Positions 56,048 through 64,000 of a stretch of 64,000 nucleotides of DNA are shown one piece after another. The notes under the pieces are model-generated. The model did no database searches, had not been told where the DNA came from, and worked only from the letters and a program-made list of their open reading frames with translations. The translations under genes were made by a program, and so were the position numbers. Within the stretch, counting starts at the first letter, position 1, and each line of letters opens with the position of its first letter. The DNA is from Eledone cirrhosa (taxonomy: Eukaryota): the NCBI GenBank assembly GCA_964016885.1, contig OZ024742.1:224750001-224814000 (forward strand), in the 5' to 3' direction.

Positions 56048-59000
56048 ATGACCTCACTCAGAATAGGCAGCATAAATGCGCGTGGCTTGGGGTCGTCATG
56101 GAAGCAGGGCCACCTGCTCAACGACCTCAGGTCACTAAACATAGATGTAGTGGCCATCAGCGAGACCAGAATCTCCGAAGCACAGGCTTTCGCACCGATC
56201 TTCGGCGGCTACGATGTGTACGCATCTCCCAGCCGTCCGGGATCGGGGGGAGGAGTTGCTGTGCTTTTTCGGAGAGGTTTGGATCTTGCCATACGGGCCA
56301 TCTTCCTGGACCCAGAAGGTAAGTTGGTGGTGCTGGACGTGACCAGCGGAGACGGGCAAGCTTTCAGGTTAGTGGCCGTCTATGCCCCGACAGGAGCAGG
56401 GCGGCCTGATTTCTTCCGGCGTCTGGAGACCTTTCTTGGAACGTCCCGCTCTTTAGTGTTAGTGGGCGACTGGAACGGGATCTTAGATGCACGCTGGGAT
56501 TGTGTGGGATTAGTGGATAGGGAAGGAGGGTGCAAGAGTCTCACCAACCTGCTCAGACGTTTTGAACTGTCTGACAGGTACCGAATGGATTTCCCGAATG
56601 TACCAATGTGGACTTGGACAAATCGCATAGGGTCATCCAGATCATATCTAGATAGAGTATTTTGTAGGGAAATAGATAGGTCTAGCATAGGCTGTCCACA
56701 ATTCAAGATAGTCAGCTACACGGACCACAAATTCGTGATCTGTGTGCTTGACTTAGATAGGCTTCATAGACAAGGACCCGGCTACTGGAAGCTAAACGCG
56801 TCCTTACCAGCGCGCAAGGCCTACAGAGACCGGATTAGCGAACTAGTTAAGCGGGCGTTGACGGGGGCCATCGTCAACAACAAGTGGTGGTTTGCTCTGA
56901 AAAGAGCAATTAGAATAGAGTCCATTAGGTTTAGTAAGACTTTAGCAATAGAGAAAAATAGAGCAGAGGGAGAATTAGTTAGAAAATTAGATGAGGCGCT
57001 TAGCAAAGGCATCGCGACCGACGTACTTGCGGCGAAATTGGCCCTTGACCAATTCTTCAATGCAAAGCACGAAGGCTGCGTTGTTAGAGCTAGGGTGCGT
57101 GCTCTCAGACACGAGGGGACGAAAGCCGTTCAATGGGCCCGAGTGGCGGAGACGCATCGTGGCAACAAAGCCAGGATCCGGTCTTTGGTGGACCACGACG
57201 GGCGCATGCTACTCGATCCCGGGCAAATGTGTGAAGCTTTTCAGCGACACTTTGCTCAACTGTTCGGGGGCAGTGGCGGGCCGGATCGAGGGATGGACTT
57301 TAGTGTCTACCTCGACGGACTGCCGCGGCTTTCGGCCACTCAGGCGGAGTGTTGCGAAAAGCCGATAACAACCGCTGAAGTACGGGATGCAATGACTAGT
57401 TGCACAAGGGGTAAATCGCCTGGTTTGGATGGTCTGCCCTATGAACTTTACGTACAAATGCCAAACTTGTTCGGAGGCCTCTTGGCGGACGTCTACTGCA
57501 ACTGGCAACAGAACGGGAGAATTCCCAGCTCTGTGAGCCGAGGAGCGGTGGCGCTGCTGAGAAAGGATCCGAACAAGGGGGATAACATAGATAATTTTAG
57601 GCCCATAACTCTGCTAAACACAGAGTTCAAGATTTTGGCCAAGGTGCTAGCAAAGAGGTTGGCGCTTGTCGTTGGTGGTCTGGTGGGAGAGGCACAGACA
57701 TGCGCCATTCCCGACAGATCCATCCACGACAACCTCCACCTCATGTGATACATCGTAGAGAGGGTAGCTAGGGAACCTGGCACGGGTGGGTCTTTGATCA
57801 ATTTAGATCAGTCGAAAGCCTTCGATAGGGTCGACCATCGTTACCTAACGGCAGTCCTGAGGGCGGCTGGCTTTGGGCCCGTCTTCAGAGGCTGGATCGC
57901 TGCCATGCACAGCGACATCTGCTCTGTAGTGAGAGTGAACGGTCACCTTTCGGAACCGTTCAAGATCATGCGCTCGGTCCGCCAAGGATGTCCCCTCTCG
58001 TCCCTATTGTACGTATTGACTCTCGAGCCATTACTGCACAAACTGGAGACGTTGAGGGGGGTCCCGCGCGAACTAGGATGCGGAAGATCCGTGTCAGCAT
58101 ATGCCGACGATGTCACCGTAGTGGTGTCGAACGCCAAACACATCGAGGCGATCGGCACTACACTAAGAGAATACGAAGCGGTGACAGGAGCAATGATCAA
58201 CCAGGAAAAGTCAGTGGGCCTGCAGCTCGGCACCTGGAGAGGCAGGTCCATGCCGTCCAACAGCGTCGTCGGGCGCTGGACGGACGGACCGGTTAAATTG
58301 CTAGGGGTCTGGTTCGGTCCGGACCTCCAGACGGACAAAAACTGGGACGAGGTGACGAGCAGGGTGGCTTCTCTCAGCCAGAAATGGGCGGAGAGGAAGC
58401 TATCCCTGAAAGGTCGAGCGGAGGTGGCTAACGCGTACATCGCGTCTGTCATCTGCTACCGCCTAACCGTCGTACCTTGTCCTAAGCCTCGCCTGACTGC
58501 GCTGGAGCGTTTGCTCTTTCGCTTTTTGTGGAAGGGACGTGCTCCGATGGTCAGGCGGTCCATCTGTTGTCAACACCCGCTACGTGGAGGGCTGGGCATG
58601 CCGTGGCTGATGATGCGCAGGCACGCGCTCAGGCTACGACATCTCCACCTCTTCCTCGACGGTGATCAGGTGTGGTCGCCGTTTGCTAGACGCGTTTTTC
58701 CCCAGCTCGTTTCCTTGACGGAGCTGCAGTCCTGGGTCAAGCGAAGACCGAGAGGAAGCGCCTGGAGACTGGAATGTCTTCAGGCGCTCACAGCCCTCGA
58801 CCAATCGGGCAATGTGATCGGTGGAAACTCCACCTCGGCGTTCTATAGAGGATTAGTGGAGGGGAAGAGCGACGACGTACTTGGGGAAACTCTAGGCGTC
58901 GACGAAAATCAACTAGCCAATCTCTTCGGAAGAACTTTCGGGCCGGGGCCTATGGACAACTTCCAGAAATCTCTGGCCTGGCAGTGCTACCGAGGAGCCT

Positions 59001-59467
59001 TGCCAGTTCGGGATAAACTCTACAGGCATGGAGGTGCCGTCAACCGGGCATGTCCGAGATGCGCGCAGGGCGACGAAACCGTCCTGCACGCACTCGTCCA
59101 GTGTCCGAAAATTGCTGACTTGTGGGTTTATGTCGAACACCTGCTGTCGCGTTTAGGACGGATCCAGCTAGCATCTGAGTCTATCGTGAGGATTGCCCCG
59201 CCCTCCTCCTTTAGCCGGGAAGGGCAGGCAGTTTTTATCTGTCTGGTGGCCATGGCGAAAGAGATAGTATGGTGGACACGTTTGAAAGGGCTGAAGACGA
59301 GCACTTACCTCTTCGGTGATGCTCTGATTGACTTTTTCAAATTTCATCTGAAAAGGAAAATCAGAGTAGAGAAGGAAGTGCTCTCTTCCCAGCATTTTGT
59401 TGAAAGATGGGTGAGAGAAGCAAGAATGGCCCGAGTGAATGGGCCGACTCGGAGTATATATCTGTAA
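56048..59467 (+). pseudogene. LINE ORF2 (APE endonuclease, RT, C-terminal Zn finger) with one in-frame TGA at 57746-57748
   Basis: ORFs 56048-57748 and 57794-59467 are in the same frame. Copies A, B and D have an Arg codon at this position (HLMRYI). Confidence 0.93.
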
Positions 59468-59770
59468 ACTAAAGGTGGAAAACTGGGAGAGGGCACTTGC
59501 CTTGGTGGTCAGGGTCATTGTGGCTTTTTACTGGGCTTTCTCCACAAATGTCCCTCCGAAGTCTCCCCCCTATTGGGGAATTTTTCATTGTTATTTTCAT
59601 TGTTATTTTTGTTACATCCTCTGCTTTTGTTTTTTTACACGCAGAAATGCCCATTTGTACCGTCCTGCATTGTCCTGCACTGTCCTTAATGTCTACTTTA
59701 TGTAAACCCTTGTGGTTAATAAAGAAATCATTATTATCATTTTTATTATTATTATTATTTTTTTTTTTTT

Positions 59771-62700
59771 GGTGCTCGTTTGCTACAGACGTGTTCACAT
59801 CGGCTCCAGAAGGTTGGTTATATTGAGTTGATGCAAAGTGTAATTTGTTAAATATTTTTCTGCGAACTGTATATAACGTTGAGAGGAAGGATGCGGCAGA
59901 CACAACTTGCACCATTGCTATCACAAGCAAAAAAAAATTAATACGAATACAACATGCAACAACAAATGTAACAATACCACCACAAACAACATTGACAATG
60001 AAAGCAACAACAGCGACAGTGAGAACACTAACAGCTGTAACAGAGACAACGAAAACACAGGAAACAGAAACAACCACGACTTAAACAATTCCACCAACAA
60101 GATCATGAATAGCAACAGCACCAACAGTAACAAAGAAACAAGGGAAGAAAGCAACAACAACGACACCAAGAACAACACCAACTCCAACAACGACGACACT
60201 AATAAGAACAACGACAACAACACCAACCTCAACGGCAACACCAACGACAACACTACCACCACCAACAACAACAAAAACGACAACAGCAGTCAAGAAAAGG
60301 CCATGCTTTAGCATGGACTTGACGGACAAGGAGAAAAAGTTAGCCCAGGCATGGAAGCTCATCAAGCAGGAGCAAACCTGGGTCAACTTAACTGTCCAGG
60401 TAGAGGCCAGGGAGACGATGGAGAGGAGAACTCTGGTCTTTAGATGCATCTCAGCTGAGACAAAAAAAGCTACTAACACTCCCCAAGCAGACGTCGAGGC
60501 TGTACTGAGGTGCATCAGAGACGATACAGAATACATAGCGAGGGGTAGACAATACGGCACCATCTCGGTGCTGTTTAAGTCGGAGGCCATCTCTTTGAAG
60601 CACGCGATGACCCCCTTGCAAAACCAGCAAGGTTATAATGTGCTCCTCCCACATGGGAAAAAGAACTGTTAGGGTCCGCATACACAGGATTCCACCAGGA
60701 CTAGATATTTGATGGCTCTTGGGATGCCTGATACTTCTCCAAATCAGGCCAGAAGACCTAAAAATAGGCCCGGACCACGCCCATCTCCAACACGGGACGG
60801 TGCTGCAAATAATGACTGAGGTCAGAAGGTCACACTGATTCGTCTGCGGAGAAAAGAAACAACTCATTTGCAAGGCTTCTCTCCTCAGTTTTAAAATTCC
60901 AGGGGTCTAAATCCTCCACTGCTGCCGACGCCGGGGCAAGGACCACCATCAACACCTGCACTGGCCATACCAGCAGCAGCAGCAACACGAGCGGAAACGA
61001 CACCACTAACTTTGGCCACCCAGGGTAAAAATAAAGAAAGCTCTCCCACCCCACCCCCAAAATACACACATTGACACAAACACTCACACAGAAACAGACA
61101 CTGAAACCTCGAAATACAGCAGCGGTGATGAGGCAAAACCTAAAGCAGAAAAAAAGGAACACATCACACACACCCATAACAGAATATTCAGACACCACAA
61201 AGACAAGAAACACACACACTCCCACAACAACATCACCACCACCACCACAATCCTCCAAATACAAGAACAAATCAAAACATATAACTTCATGCTATTAAGA
61301 AGGGCCAACGGGGATTTGATGGACCTGATAGCATGAAGGCAAGAGATAGTAGAAATGGTAAAAATATTCGGCACCAACACCTTTCGCGTACCTGAGAATC
61401 TAACGATGGTACATATGTCGCTCGGTGCATAAACAGAGATTAAGAAGAGCTTTCCTCGAAACGTGGGAAAACCGAATATGAAACTTGCATCAAGACTTTT
61501 AAAGGGGTTCCCAAAGGAAACCCCACCAACCATGGAGGTATAACAACCCGACTTCCTCCATACCCTGGGAGGTATGTAAACCTTTCATCTCTCTTTTAGC
61601 CTGCCAACATGGTCATTCTAAGAGTAGGATGTTTAAATGTTCGTGGCCTGGGGTCATCCTGGAAACAGGGTCACCTGATAAATGACCTCAGTGCTCTCTA
61701 CATGGATGTGATTACCGTCAGCGAGACCAAGATTTCCTACACGCGAGCACTAGCCCCCATTTTCGACGACTATCAGATCTTGGAATCTCTTAGTCGGCCG
61801 GGATTGGTGGTGGAAAGCAGTACTGTTTAGGAAAGGCCTGGATCTCGAGGTAAGACCGATCTTCCAGGACCTGGACAGTGCGTTGGTTGTCCTGGACGTG
61901 AGCAATAGCGAAGATGGTGCCTTTAGACTGGTGGCCGACTATCCCCCAACCAGAGCCGGACGGCCCCATTTCTTTAGGCGCCTAGAAGCTTTTCTGAGAA
62001 CGTCTAGCCCTTTACTGTTAGCGGAGTATGGGAACAGCATCTTAGACGCACGCTGAGGTTGTGTGAGAGTAACTTATAGGAGCGGGGGTGCAAAAGCCTC
62101 AAGTACCTGATCAGCCAATTCTAACTGACTGATAGGTACCCTCTACATTTTCTTAATGTGCCAGTGTGGACCTGGACCCACCACATAGGGACATCTAGGT
62201 CGTATATAGATAGCTGAACATGTCATTTCAGGCACGTAAGGCTTACAGTGACCGACAACAATTTAGTTAACCAAAAGTTGAGAAGGGACAGTCGTCAAAA
62301 ACAGGTGGTCTGGGGTTCTTAAAAGAGAGATTAGAGTAATCTCGATAGGTTTTGGCAGAAAGGTAGCGTTAGAGAAAAATAGAAAGGAGGGGGTTAGCTA
62401 AATTAGACGAAGCTATTTGTAGTGACATTGCAACTGACGTGCTTGCTAGTGACGAGAATGGCATTAGACCATTTCTTTAATACGAAACACGAAGGTTGAA
62501 TTTTCAGAGCTAAGGCGCATGCTTTAAGAAACGAGGAAACCAAAACTGTTCGATGGGCCTGCGTGGCAGAGGCGCAGCGTGCTAACAAAACCACGATTCG
62601 GTTTTTGATGGATTGACTCGAACGCAAGCTGAATGATTCCAGGCAGATGTATGAAGCCTTTCGCCAGAATTTTGTTCGGCTGTTCGAGGACAGCGAGGGA

Positions 62701-63605
62701 TCGGGTTGTTGGCGGATTTCAGTCTCTACCTCGACAGCCTACGCGTCTCTCGCCAGCTGATGCTGAGCGCTATAAAAGCTCGATAATTTCAGATGAATTT
62801 CGGGATGCCCTACTCAGATGGACTACTCAGATGTAGACATGCCAAATTTGTTCTCCGATCTCCTCGAACCACTCTGCTGCAACTAGCAGAAGAACGGGAG
62901 TATTCCCAGCTCTGTGAGCCGGCGGGATGTAGTGACGCTGATAAGGAAAGACGAGAACAAGAATCTTACATTAGACAACTTCAGGTCCATAACTCTGCTA
63001 AACATAGAGTTTAAAATTTTGGCCAAGGTGTTAGCAAAGAGGTTGGCGCTTGTCGTCGAGGATTTGGTAGGGGAGGCGCAAGTTTGTGCAATCCCGACCA
63101 GGTCCATACATGACAATGCACACCTCATGCGATACATCTTATAGAGGGTTGGCTTTTAACCTAGTTTCGATGAGGCTCTGATTAATTTAGATCAATCGAA
63201 AGCTTTCGATAAGGTCAACCATCGATACTTGGAGGCTGTCCTCAAGGCAGCTGGCTTCAGTCCCGTCTTCAGAAGCTGGATCGCTGCAATGCACAGCGGC
63301 ATCTGCTCGGTAGTCAAAGTTAATGGCCATTTCGGAATCGTTTCAGATCTCCCGATCTGTCCGTCAATGGTGCCCTCTCTCCTTCCTGCTGTACGAATTA
63401 ACTCTCGAGTCTTTACTGCGAATTCTAGAGCTGTTGCAGCGCATCCTGCTCAAACTGCAACTGGAAAGGATGTGTCGGCATATGCGAACGATATTACCGG
63501 AAATCGAGGTGGTCGGCACCATCTTGGAGGAATATGAAAGTTTGACGGGAGAAAAACTAAAACCGGAAAATTCGGTTGGCTTGCAGCTCGACACCTGGAA
63601 GGATT
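59771..63605 (+). mobile_element. Tx1/L1 copy D: older, diverged, heavily degraded, 3' part missing
   Basis: ORF1 remnant 60313-60672, APE start 61609 (VGCLNVRGLGSSWKQ), RT remnants 62914-63631. Confidence 0.88.
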
Positions 63606-64000
63606 CTTTGATATATACACATATACAATGATAAGATAAAAGACAAGTTTCACATCCACTTTCAAGTACCCATACAAACACGCATACACACAAACGCCCA
63701 CACATTTCAGTGTTCATAAAGAATCCCTGTTCTTTAAAATCCCTTAGTCAATTTCCTCCACTCACCCCCCAAATCACCATCTTTCCCAATACCAGAAAAC
63801 ATATAAATCCCGACGAGGTTAGCTTTACTTTTCATCCTTATGGGGTCGATGAATTGCTACTATCCATATTCACTAAAACACGACACCCCCGTTTTTTGGG
63901 ACGAAAGTACCCCCAAATTCTCAACCTATCAAATTATACTTTCAACTTAAGCCACTTTTTCTGCATAAAACCGAAGGAACTATGACACTCCCGATTTTTG

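Larger units (their letters stand above)
53818..59770 (+). mobile_element. Tx1/L1 copy C, apparently full length and nearly intact
   Basis: 5' UTR, open ORF1, ORF2 with a single stop, 3' UTR, AATAAA, (ATT)n/T tail. Confidence 0.95.

Noticed and set aside
50246-58452. Antisense ORFs conserved between copies B and C (for example 169 aa at 51980-52489 and 57943-58452)
   Set aside because: Expected shadows of near-identical GC-rich ORF2 sequence, with no independent evidence.

Overview
This is AT-rich, repeat-saturated animal genomic DNA. The microsatellite load and SINE/LINE types resemble an octopod cephalopod, which is my inference and not verified. I cannot support any host protein-coding gene, and most predicted ORFs are translations of (TA)n, (CA)n, (CATA)n or (CAC)n tracts. 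All credible coding sequence is retrotransposon-derived: a 5'-truncated Penelope-like element (RT plus GIY-YIG, ~19.3-20.8 kb, -), two R4/Dong-like RLE elements in (CATA)n (24.2-27.25 kb), a CR1/L2-group LINE (28.8-31.2 kb), and five Tx1/L1-clade pieces (34.9-63.6 kb), one nearly intact. The window also holds tRNA-derived SINEs, RTE 5'-region fragments and hAT/mariner MITEs. The most striking layer is non-coding. About 13 full-length hammerhead-ribozyme (HHR)-like motifs from at least 7 unrelated families, plus partial ones, sit mostly next to (TA)n tracts. They include a 468-bp tandem-plus-inverted retrozyme-like element with three canonical HHRs, and several fold-back elements with an HHR on each arm, some with non-canonical cores (U3-A8, GCAA, U4C). 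Other points of interest are a candidate HDV-like ribozyme at an RTE 5' end, a splice donor conserved at the Tx1 ORF1 end, an apparent ORF1 swap between neighbouring Tx1 copies, and different microsatellite types associated with different retroelement families. All alignments and RNA folds were done by eye, and element boundaries are approximate.
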